Position numbers and translations under genes: made by a program. From Myxococcales bacterium (GTDB lineage: Bacteria; Myxococcota_A; UBA9042; JABWCM01; BTVJ01): 64,000 nt of DNA. The stretch covers positions 18,159 to 82,158 of the forward strand of contig BTVJ01000032.1 of NCBI GenBank assembly GCA_045863395.1. Direction: 5' to 3'. Each line of letters begins with the position of its first letter. Positions within the stretch are counted from its first letter, which is position 1. Under the pieces are notes generated by a model that ran no database searches, had not been told where the DNA came from, and was given only the letters and a program-made list of their open reading frames with translations. Shown here one piece after another: positions 17,537 to 25,862 of this stretch.

Positions 17537-17931
17537 ATTTCCGAGGCTGCCTGCTGGGCGCGTCGAGGCTCTCGATCAATCAGGTTGTCATTTACCGGCG
17601 GCTGATTGGTCTTCGGGACCGTGTCTCAATCATGTCGGCAGAGAGGGGTCAGACCCGACGCCGGGAGCGTTCACCACGCTGGTCCGGCAAGCACATCGGA
17701 CCCCGGGCGAGGGTCCCGTGTCAGAACCGAGGTTCCGAGCGCTCTACGGAAGCGGTCTGAGCAACGGCGCTGAGCCCACGAGCGGCGGGGGGAACACACC
17801 ACGAAGAAACGGGGAGGCGACTCAGGCAGTCACGGCGCGTGAGAGACGTGTCAGACGCGGCGTCGAGATGACTCTACCGTGGAGTCATCGACGGGGCGGC
17901 CGTCGGACGGTGACCCACTCGGAGGTGTCCC

Positions 17932-18717
17932 ATGAGCAAGGGTGCAGTGGTCGGGGTGGTGATGGCGCAGGTGGTGGTGGTCGGGGGCCTGGGGATCTGG
18001 ATGTTCCAGCGGGGCCAGGAGCAGGCGGAGCGGCAGGAGCAGCGCCTCGCAGATCTGGAGGCGGTGACCTCCGAGCGCGTCGCGGCGCTGGAGGAGACCG
18101 TCGAGCAGCAGGGCCACGCCATCGTCGCGCTGGAGGTGGCGGTCCGGGCGGGGAGCGCGGCCCTCGCCGCGCGCGTCGACGCGGTGGAGTCTTCGGTGGC
18201 GAAGCTCGACGCGGAGCGCGTGGCGCCGCTGGAGCGCCGGGCGTCGGGCATCGAGAAGGGGCAGTTGCAGCTCGCCGAGCGCGTCGACCACAACGACGCG
18301 GCGCAGGCCGCGAAGGCGGAGCAGGTGGTCGCCGAGATCTCCTCGGTGAAGGAGGACATGGCGGCCCTGAAGGAGCGCGTGGTCTCCGTGGAGCGGAGCG
18401 CGACCTCGACCGGAGTGGACCTGGCGAAGCTCGCTGCGCTCACGGGGAAGAACGACCGCCGCATCCGCGACCTGGTGGACGAGCACGCGGCCCTGGTCGC
18501 CACCGTGGAGCAGGTGCGGAAGAGCGGCACCCAGGACTCGCGTGAAGCAATCGAGGCCATGGAGCGCAAGCTCGCGAGCCTGGACGCCGCCGTGCGCCTG
18601 GCCGCCGAGCAGGTCACGAAGGAGTACCTGGAGTCGCATCAGGATGACTCCAAGGCGGACATGGCGCGGGAGATTGCTGCCCGCACGCGCTTCGAGGTGC
18701 TGGAGGGGGCGCGGTGA
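17932..18717 (+). CDS. Membrane-anchored coiled-coil protein (261 aa)
   Basis: ATG at 17932 with GGAGG 6 nt upstream. N-terminal TM helix VVGVVMAQVVVVGGLGIWMF. The rest is heptad-like Ala/Glu/Leu/Arg-rich (LADLEAVTSERVAALEETVEQQ...). Confidence 0.65.
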   Translation: MSKGAVVGVVMAQVVVVGGLGIWMFQRGQEQAERQEQRLADLEAVTSERVAALEETVEQQGHAIVALEVAVRAGSAALAARVDAVESSVAKLDAERVAPLERRASGIEKGQLQLAERVDHNDAAQAAKAEQVVAEISSVKEDMAALKERVVSVERSATSTGVDLAKLAALTGKNDRRIRDLVDEHAALVATVEQVRKSGTQDSREAIEAMERKLASLDAAVRLAAEQVTKEYLESHQDDSKADMAREIAARTRFEVLEGAR

Positions 18718-18831
18718 CGGGTGCGGGCGGTGGCGCCGCGGCCGCCCGCGGCTCCACCTCTCCGAGGCTGCGCGACGACGACCCTGGTCCGCGGGGCGAT
18801 GGCAGCAGAGAGCCCTGCAGGAGGAGTGGCG

Positions 18832-19293
18832 ATGAGGGTGACAATCCTGGCTCTGGCGATCATCGTCGGCGGATGTGCGACATCGAGACGGCACGCTCCG
18901 GCGACACCGCAAGCTACGTCAGCGAGCTTCCCCGGAGGCGCATCAGCGCAGGGCGGCGGCTGGGCCACGAGCCCCGTCGGGACCTCCACCCCCGACGTGG
19001 AGGTCCTGTGCGACGGCGCAAGGCCGCAGATCCGGTTCGACGACGCCGCGCGCCAGCGTCTCTTCCCGAAGCACGAGGTCGTGTGGGTCCTGAGCCCCTT
19101 CGAGGGAGGCGGAAAGTGCCGGCTCTACGGCCTCGTGCGGAGGCCCCACCGGGGAGCGACGTTCCCCGACGACGTGCGCCTTCGGGCGACCGCCACGTTC
19201 CCGGACGACGGCGACCGGTGCCGCTGCGTCCCGACCAAGGCGCGGGCCCACGAGGGGTGGTTCCCGTCGGCGATCTCGGAGGTGAACCCATGA
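18832..19293 (+). CDS. Lipoprotein (153 aa)
   Basis: ATG at 18832 with GGAGGAG 8 nt upstream. MRVTILALAIIVGGCATS is a signal peptide plus lipobox (VGGC). Its stop overlaps the next start (ATGA at 19290-19293). Confidence 0.6.
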   Translation: MRVTILALAIIVGGCATSRRHAPATPQATSASFPGGASAQGGGWATSPVGTSTPDVEVLCDGARPQIRFDDAARQRLFPKHEVVWVLSPFEGGGKCRLYGLVRRPHRGATFPDDVRLRATATFPDDGDRCRCVPTKARAHEGWFPSAISEVNP

Positions 19294-20504
19294 GCTTGAC
19301 AGGGCCCCGTGCCCCCGAGGGGGGAGCCGCGCAGCTCGACGGCCCGGACGCGACCGGCGGGCTGCGCGAGCGCCTCGGGTGGGTGCGCCTCGGTTCGGAG
19401 GCCGAGGTCCGCGACCTGCTCACGTCACACCCGGCCTGGGAGGCGCTGGCGCCCATCCGGCAGAGCGCCACGGACGCCCGGGGGGCCATCGCCGACCAGG
19501 GCTTCGAGGTGGATCCCGGCGCGCTGGGCCTCACCCCCATCCTTGCCGAGGCCCGAGAGCGGTGGGGGCTCGCGCTGGACCTGCGCCTCTTGATGGTGCC
19601 GCGGCCGGAGTACAACGCCTTCGTGCTGGCAAACCCCTTCGACGGAGAGGTCGTGCTCGGGGCGTCGTGCTCGCTGGTGGAGGACTTCGAGCCCCGGGAG
19701 CTGGCCTTCGTCATCGGGCACGAGCTCGGCCACCACGCCCTCGGGCACACGGCCATCGCCGGCCGCCGCCGGCAGCTCGCGGATCACGTGGCGCCCCACC
19801 ACCCGCTGCGGCTCCTGGACGCGTCACTGGGGCGGCGGCAGGAGATCAGCGCGGACCGGGCAGGCCTCGTGGTCTGCGGCTCGGCCGCCGCTGCGCGCAC
19901 CGCGCTGCTCAAGGCCGCGACCCAGACGCCAAACCGCCGCCTCGCGGCCGCCGTGCTCGCGGGCGGGCCCGACTGGGCCTTCGTGGACCCGGAGCTGGAT
20001 GGGTTCGCCCCCTGGGCTCAGTCCCACCCGCCAGCGCGGGTGCGCGTCCGCGCCCTGGAGGGCTTCGCGCGGGACGCTGACGGCCACTCCCTCGCCGACC
20101 TGGACGCCCGCTGCGACGGGTGGCTCGATGCGCTGGAGGCCGACGCCCTCAAACGGGATCGGGCCACCGTGGAGCGATTCGCCGCGGCGGTCGGGGCCGT
20201 CGTCGGGGCGACCGCAGGCGTGGCGGAGATTCCGGCGCTCTTCGCGGCCCATGCAGGCCCCTGGCTGGGCCAGGCAGGCGACCTGGAGGACGCCTGCGCC
20301 ACCCTCCGCGAGCTGGCGAGCCCGGGGCGCCGCCTGCGCGTGCTCGCGGCGGCCATCAGCGTGCTGTCCGCGGACCTGCGCCTCGGGGCCGAGGCGGGCG
20401 CCCGGACCCGCGCGCTGGCGACGCGCCTGGGGCTGCCACCGGAGGCAGCGGACCGGCGCCTCGCCGCGGCCCGGGAGTCTTTGGCCCTGCGAGGGACGGA
20501 GTGA
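19290..20504 (+). CDS. M48-like zinc metallopeptidase (404 aa)
   Basis: ATG at 19290, translationally coupled to the lipoprotein gene. LAFVIGHELGHHALGH HExxH motif in an HtpX/Ste24-like context. In frame with, and internal to, the ORF-track ORF 18714..20504. Confidence 0.62.
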   Translation: MSLTGPRAPEGGAAQLDGPDATGGLRERLGWVRLGSEAEVRDLLTSHPAWEALAPIRQSATDARGAIADQGFEVDPGALGLTPILAEARERWGLALDLRLLMVPRPEYNAFVLANPFDGEVVLGASCSLVEDFEPRELAFVIGHELGHHALGHTAIAGRRRQLADHVAPHHPLRLLDASLGRRQEISADRAGLVVCGSAAAARTALLKAATQTPNRRLAAAVLAGGPDWAFVDPELDGFAPWAQSHPPARVRVRALEGFARDADGHSLADLDARCDGWLDALEADALKRDRATVERFAAAVGAVVGATAGVAEIPALFAAHAGPWLGQAGDLEDACATLRELASPGRRLRVLAAAISVLSADLRLGAEAGARTRALATRLGLPPEAADRRLAAARESLALRGTE

Positions 20505-20593
20505 ACCGCGGAGGCACCCGAACGGCCCCGCAATCCAGGGACTCTCAGACACCCGATGGACTCGTCATCGCACCACGACGCGGAGGAGCACCC

Positions 20594-22876
20594 ATGAGGC
20601 GCCGTACACGCCCGACCCCGACCGCAACCATCACACGCCGCGTGGCATGGTTCCGCCTGATGCGGCCCGGCGCCACGCTGGACGACGTGCCCGCCGCCAT
20701 CGTGCGGGCGTTGCGTGAGCTGGGGGACGCGCACCCGCTGCGCCTCGCCGTCACGACCCTCACCGGGACAGACAGCCCGACGGTGGACACATGGGTGTCC
20801 ATCACCTCCGACCAGGAGGCTGCCTCCGCTGCGCTGAGCACGCTGCAGGAGGCGCTGGGGTGGTTCTCTCTCGGGACGGCCGACTGCTCCGCCGCGCTCC
20901 ACGAGCACCGGGAGCGCCTCCCGGAGCAGCTCGCCCTCGTGCCCCACCCCGCCGATGGGAGCCTGCTGCTACCACGAGGGCCCGCTGCGGTTCAGCCCCT
21001 GCCCGCGCTGCTGGCGCACCTGGCTCGGCAGGGCACGCCCACCATGGTCCAGGTGGAGGCGAGCACCGTGGGCCGGGACGAGGCCCTCGCGGTCGTCCCG
21101 GCGCTGCGCACGGCCCGCGCCGTCGCCGACGCCCTGGCTCCGCACCGCCTGGACGTGGCCTCACCGCAGGACCTGCTCGCGCCCCCGATGGCCCTGCGCG
21201 GGGCCGACCCGGAGCGTCTCATCGCCGACGTGGTGGGAAACCTGTGGCGGGTCCGCGTCGCGGTGCGCTCCGCGCGTCCCCTGCCCGAGCGCGTCACCAC
21301 GGCCATCCGCCTGGCCTTGGAGGAAGGCGGCGTGCGGCTCGCGCAGGAGGCGACTTCCCCTGCCACGGGCGCCGGCATCGTACACACCACGGTCCTGCCG
21401 GCGGTGTGGCAGGTCCCCGTCGTCACAGCCCCGTGCGGCCACCTGCGCGTCGAGGACCTGCCGCGCCTGCCTGCCCCCGTCGGGGCGCTGGACAAGGGCT
21501 TCCTCCTCGGCGAGACCGACGACGGCCCGCGCACCCGGGAGCTGCGCCTGGACCCGGAGGTCCTCGGACGCCACGCCTACGTGGTGGGCAAGACGGGCAC
21601 CGGCAAGACCACCCTGCTGGAGTCTCTGGTGGCCAGCGCCATCGAGCGCGGCGACCAGGCGGTCATCGTCGTCGACCCCCATGGCGACATGACCGAGAAG
21701 CTCCTGCGTTGGCTCCCCCGGGAGCACGCGGACCGCGCCTTGGCCATCGACTTCGGTGACCCGGAGCGGCTGCCGTCCCTCAACCTCCTCGAGGCCCGCG
21801 ACGAGCAGGAGCGCGAGTTCGCCATCGGCGAGCTGGACGCGCTCTTCCTCGACATGTACGGCCCGGAGATCTGGGGGCCGCGCCTCCAGGACACCTTCCG
21901 CAACCTGGCGTCGCTGCTGAGCATCGACCCGGAAGGTCCCGGCACCCTCGTCGACCTGCTGTGGGCGGCCAACCTGCGCCACGACCCCATCCGGCACCGC
22001 CTGGAGGCCATCGCCGAGTCGTCCGGCTCCATCTCACACCGGATCTTCCTGGAGCAGATCCAGCAACGACAGTACGGCGACGGGTCCCTGCAGGAGCTGG
22101 TGGCCTACTACCGCTCCAAGTTCTCGCCCTTCGTGGACAACAAGACGCTGCGCCTCGTGCTCGGGCGCCCCAAGTCCACCCTGGACATCGCCCGGTTCAT
22201 CCGCGAGCGCCGCGTCTGCCTGTTCAACCTCAACAAGGGCCGCATCTCGTCCCGCTACGCGAGCCTCATCGGGCGCATCCTGACCGCGCGCATCTTCCAG
22301 GCGGCCCTCGCAAACGGACGCCTCCCCCCGGCCGAGCGCCCACCGGCCCTGCTCGTGCTGGACGAGTTCCAGAACCTCGTGTCCCCCACCGTCGAGGACA
22401 TCCTGGCCGAGGCGCGCAAGTACCGCCTCAGCGTCGTCCTCGCCAACCAGCACCTGGCCCAGGTGCGCAGGAGCCGCACCGACGTGCGGGGAGACCGCTC
22501 GTCCATGCTGGACGCCATCTTGGGCAACGTAGGGACGCTCGTCGCGTTTCGGCTCTCCGGGCTCGACGCGACACAGCTCGCCGCGGAGCTGGGGGGCCAC
22601 GTACCGGCCGAGACCCTCTCGTCGCTGCCGGCGTGGCACGCGGTCTGCCAGGTGAGCGAGAGCCATCGGTGCGTGCCCCCGTTCCTGGCGCGGACGCGCC
22701 CGATTGGCGCGTGTGGAGACCCGAGCGTCGCGCGATCTGTCAGAAGCCGCAGCCGGCGGACTCTCTGTACCCGGCTGGACGACGCGGAGCGGGCGATCCG
22801 CCAACGCGTGCTCAGCCGCATGGGCATCGTGGACGTGCCGGACGACCCCGTCGGGCACCTGCTGGAGAGGCTGTGA
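20594..22876 (+). CDS. FtsK/HerA/TraD(VirD4)-family P-loop ATPase with ~400-aa N-terminal domain (760 aa)
   Basis: ATG at 20594 with GGAGGAG upstream. Walker A HAYVVGKTGTGKTTLLESL. Walker B ALLVLDEFQNLV. VLANQHLAQV, a sensor-like motif. In frame within the ORF-track ORF 20120..22876. Confidence 0.75.
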   Translation: MRRRTRPTPTATITRRVAWFRLMRPGATLDDVPAAIVRALRELGDAHPLRLAVTTLTGTDSPTVDTWVSITSDQEAASAALSTLQEALGWFSLGTADCSAALHEHRERLPEQLALVPHPADGSLLLPRGPAAVQPLPALLAHLARQGTPTMVQVEASTVGRDEALAVVPALRTARAVADALAPHRLDVASPQDLLAPPMALRGADPERLIADVVGNLWRVRVAVRSARPLPERVTTAIRLALEEGGVRLAQEATSPATGAGIVHTTVLPAVWQVPVVTAPCGHLRVEDLPRLPAPVGALDKGFLLGETDDGPRTRELRLDPEVLGRHAYVVGKTGTGKTTLLESLVASAIERGDQAVIVVDPHGDMTEKLLRWLPREHADRALAIDFGDPERLPSLNLLEARDEQEREFAIGELDALFLDMYGPEIWGPRLQDTFRNLASLLSIDPEGPGTLVDLLWAANLRHDPIRHRLEAIAESSGSISHRIFLEQIQQRQYGDGSLQELVAYYRSKFSPFVDNKTLRLVLGRPKSTLDIARFIRERRVCLFNLNKGRISSRYASLIGRILTARIFQAALANGRLPPAERPPALLVLDEFQNLVSPTVEDILAEARKYRLSVVLANQHLAQVRRSRTDVRGDRSSMLDAILGNVGTLVAFRLSGLDATQLAAELGGHVPAETLSSLPAWHAVCQVSESHRCVPPFLARTRPIGACGDPSVARSVRSRSRRTLCTRLDDAERAIRQRVLSRMGIVDVPDDPVGHLLERL

Positions 22877-23691
22877 TGAGCAGCGAGCCAGTTGACCGGG
22901 CCAGGCGCCGGGCGCTCCCGCTCCTGCCCGCGGCGCTGTGCGCCATCGCCGACGGCGCGCCCACCGCCGCGCGCCGGGTGGCGTTGCTCCGGGCGATCCG
23001 CGCCATGGGAACGCCGTGGGAGGCGACGGCGCTCCTGCTCACCATCCTCGAAGAGCGGGCGGTCCGCCCGGAGCACATCCGCTCCCTCTATGCCCTGCGG
23101 GCGCTCCTGGTCGAAGAGAGTGCCACGGAGGCCCGCACAGAGGAGGCGCTCGGCTACGCCGCCGATGTGGCGCTCGCGGGCGGGCCGGGCGTGGACCAGC
23201 TCGCGGTGCTGGCGGCGGCCACCAGCGCGCTGGATGGGGACTGGGAGGTGCTCTCCAGGCGCGGGATCCCTGGCCGCCCGACCTCCGAGGATACGCGCGC
23301 CACGATGCGGAGCATCCTCGCGCGGGAGGTGACGCCGCCCCACGAGAACCCCATCGACCTGTTCCGCGGCGCCCTCCCCATCGCGGGCCTCCCGACCCCG
23401 GGCAGCGCGGACCCTGTGCGCTTCTACGACGGCCTGGCCGGGTCCATCTCTCTGGCTCCACAGGAGCGGATCGCCGTCGTGGAGAGGCTCGGGAGCCTCA
23501 CCCAAGTCCAGATCGACGCCCTGGTCGGGATCTTCGAGGAGGAGCGCGTCAAGTTCCTGTCGCTGGACGAGACGCACTACCCCCAGCTCCGCAGGCTGGC
23601 CGTCGAGTTCGGGGTGCAGTGGATCGAGGTCTACGAGGGCCTCACGGGGCGGCACGTCGTCACGCCCCGGCGGCGCGCAGGCGACGCTTGA
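22876..23691 (+). CDS. Hypothetical protein (271 aa) coupled to the ATPase gene
   Basis: ATG at 22876 overlaps the ATPase stop codon (GTGATGA). Part of the ORF-track ORF 21961..23691. No recognisable motif. Confidence 0.5.
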   Translation: MSSEPVDRARRRALPLLPAALCAIADGAPTAARRVALLRAIRAMGTPWEATALLLTILEERAVRPEHIRSLYALRALLVEESATEARTEEALGYAADVALAGGPGVDQLAVLAAATSALDGDWEVLSRRGIPGRPTSEDTRATMRSILAREVTPPHENPIDLFRGALPIAGLPTPGSADPVRFYDGLAGSISLAPQERIAVVERLGSLTQVQIDALVGIFEEERVKFLSLDETHYPQLRRLAVEFGVQWIEVYEGLTGRHVVTPRRRAGDA

Positions 23692-23780
23692 CAAGAAACG
23701 ACGCGAGCGCTGTGATGCGCGGCGGTGGTCTGCCTCTTGACGCCGAAGGGAGACAACCGCCGGACGCAGAGGAGTCGGGG

Positions 23781-25862
23781 ATGGCGACAGACCGCGCAGA
23801 CAAGGAAGAGGTCACGCAGGATATCCAAGACGAGGCGCAGCGCGCCGTCGCGGAGCGCCTCGTGGAGCTCAGCTCGCGGGGGACTGAGCTCCCCAAGAAC
23901 CACGGGACGGTGATGAAGCTCGTCGTCACTCGGCTCCGCAGAGCGCTCAAGCAAAGCAAGGTGCAGGAGGACCGCTCGTCGATCAGTGCGTGGTGCCGCG
24001 CGGACACCTGCGCCACCGCGCTGCGCGTGCGCTACATGGAGGATACGGGCACCGACCTCAGGGACGCTGCCAGACGACGGTACACCGGGCTCGGGTTCAG
24101 CCCGGAGGACGCGGAAGAGTGGGCGGGCCGCATTGAGATTCGGTACTATGAGTCGGGGCCCAGCACACAGTTGGGGGAGCACTCGACAGAGTCCGACGTC
24201 TCGTACGTGACGCTTGCGTGGCTGAAGACGGTCACCCTGAACGACGCCCTCAACCGTCGGCGCAGGGGGTGGAGGGTCACGGCCTGGGACGACGCGGACT
24301 GCCCGGCCGATGAGGTCACCGCGGCCGGAGGCCCGCAGGGTGCCCCACCGCCGGCACCGGACAAGCTGGTGGAAGCCCGTAACATGCTGGACCGCATTGC
24401 AGACCTCGTTCCCACGCTCCAACGCCGCGTCGCGCTCGTCGCGTCCGACATGCTGGCCCACCCGGACGACGAGCCGGCCGAGAGGGCGCTGCGACTGAAC
24501 CTGACACCAGGGAACATCCACACGCAGACCTATCGGTTCAGGCAGGCGCTGGCCGCGGCCGACCTCTGCCGGCGGTCCAGTACAGCAGCAGTGACACCCG
24601 AGGATCCGGACGACGGCCCCGGGGGAGCGGGGAGAGGAAGGAAGACCATGAGCGCGCGAGACACGGTCGGAAAGGACCGCGCAGCGAAGAGCCAGCGCAC
24701 GGCTCCACGGACCCAGACACCAGGCGGAGCCACGGGACCAGGCCCGGCGGTCGACTCCGCCACGGGTCAGGCCCCGCTCCTCGCGGAGGCTGCCCGAGTG
24801 GTCGGGGACCTCGTGCTGAGCGGCCAGCGGGTCGACGCGGAGGCGCTGGCCTCGGAGGCGCGCGGCGCCCGGGGAGCCGTCGAGGCGGCGCTGGAGGCCA
24901 CGGACGGCGCGCTGATCGACGAGGCCATGCCCGGGCTCGCGGAGACCGGCGCCTGGCTGGCCGCGCACCCGGACCCCGCCACGCTACCGAACGAGGTCGC
25001 TGAGGCTTCCCTCGCGGTCCTCGAACGGCGACACCATGTGGAGGCGCTGCTTCTGGGGGCCGAGCAGATCGTGGGACGCCGCGTCGCGAGCATGGACCTC
25101 GCGACGTCCCTGGAGGCCTTCGACACGGCGGGACGCGAGACCCTCTGGGCCTTCGTGCCCTTGAACAGTGCGCGACGCGCGCGCGCCGCGGCGCTCGACC
25201 CGGAGGCGCGCGAGAGGTGCTGGTGGTGGTCCGAGGGGGCAGACCTCGCAGAGGACTCCGTGCTCGCGCTGCGCAAGGCAGCTCGACTCATCGCGGTGTT
25301 CCCGGCGGCGCAGGGGGAGCTGGACGCGCTGATCGCGGCGGCCCGCGAGACCCGCGCCGAGGCCATGCGGACCACGAAGGGACACTCCGCCAGGCGGATG
25401 GCGAGCCGCGGGAGCCCGGAGAGGAGCGCACCGGGCGACAAACGTCTCAGGGTGGGAGACATGAGAGTGACCACCGCCGCGGGGGCGCCGGACAACGACG
25501 CCGAACGGCTGGGCGTCGTGTACTTCCTGCAGTTCCGCGCGGTGCCAGGGCACGACAATGAGCGCCTGGTCGCCCACGGCAGCGAGGAGGAGGTCGTTGT
25601 CAGACCGCTCGACGGAGTCACTCTCTCCGTGGACGACGACGCGCTGATCATCGACTATGAGATGTCCTGCGACCCCGACCCGAGCAGACCTCCGGTGCTG
25701 GAGCCGGAGCGAGGAGCGATCATCGTGGCGACAGAGCCGTTCACTGGGCGCTTCGTGCTGCCATTCCAGTCCATGGACACGGCCAGCACGACCGCGATAC
25801 TCCGCGTGCCCCGGCGCGACCAGCCGGACCTGGTCGTGCAGATCCCCTGGGAGGTGCCATGA
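23781..25862 (+). CDS. Sigma-70 (ECF-type)-like N-terminal domain fused to a ~420-aa C-terminal domain of unknown function (693 aa)
   Basis: ATG at 23781 with GAGGAG 7 nt upstream. SYVTLAWLKTVTLNDALNRRRRG resembles sigma region 2.4 (WLxxIxxNxxxDxxRRR). LQRRVALVASDMLAHPDDEPAERALRLNLTPGNIHTQTYRFRQAL resembles region 4 (HTH). The first kb is lower GC than its surroundings. Its stop overlaps the next start (ATGA). Confidence 0.5.
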   Translation: MATDRADKEEVTQDIQDEAQRAVAERLVELSSRGTELPKNHGTVMKLVVTRLRRALKQSKVQEDRSSISAWCRADTCATALRVRYMEDTGTDLRDAARRRYTGLGFSPEDAEEWAGRIEIRYYESGPSTQLGEHSTESDVSYVTLAWLKTVTLNDALNRRRRGWRVTAWDDADCPADEVTAAGGPQGAPPPAPDKLVEARNMLDRIADLVPTLQRRVALVASDMLAHPDDEPAERALRLNLTPGNIHTQTYRFRQALAAADLCRRSSTAAVTPEDPDDGPGGAGRGRKTMSARDTVGKDRAAKSQRTAPRTQTPGGATGPGPAVDSATGQAPLLAEAARVVGDLVLSGQRVDAEALASEARGARGAVEAALEATDGALIDEAMPGLAETGAWLAAHPDPATLPNEVAEASLAVLERRHHVEALLLGAEQIVGRRVASMDLATSLEAFDTAGRETLWAFVPLNSARRARAAALDPEARERCWWWSEGADLAEDSVLALRKAARLIAVFPAAQGELDALIAAARETRAEAMRTTKGHSARRMASRGSPERSAPGDKRLRVGDMRVTTAAGAPDNDAERLGVVYFLQFRAVPGHDNERLVAHGSEEEVVVRPLDGVTLSVDDDALIIDYEMSCDPDPSRPPVLEPERGAIIVATEPFTGRFVLPFQSMDTASTTAILRVPRRDQPDLVVQIPWEVP

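Larger units (their letters stand above)
16853..17931. promoter_or_regulatory. ~1.1 kb divergent intergenic/promoter region between the minus-strand operon (16852<-) and the plus-strand cluster (->17932), densely structured
   Basis: No credible ORF. Local GC is lower than the flanks. It contains the inverted-repeat elements listed separately. A GGAGG RBS sits 6 nt before the ATG at 17932. Confidence 0.5.
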
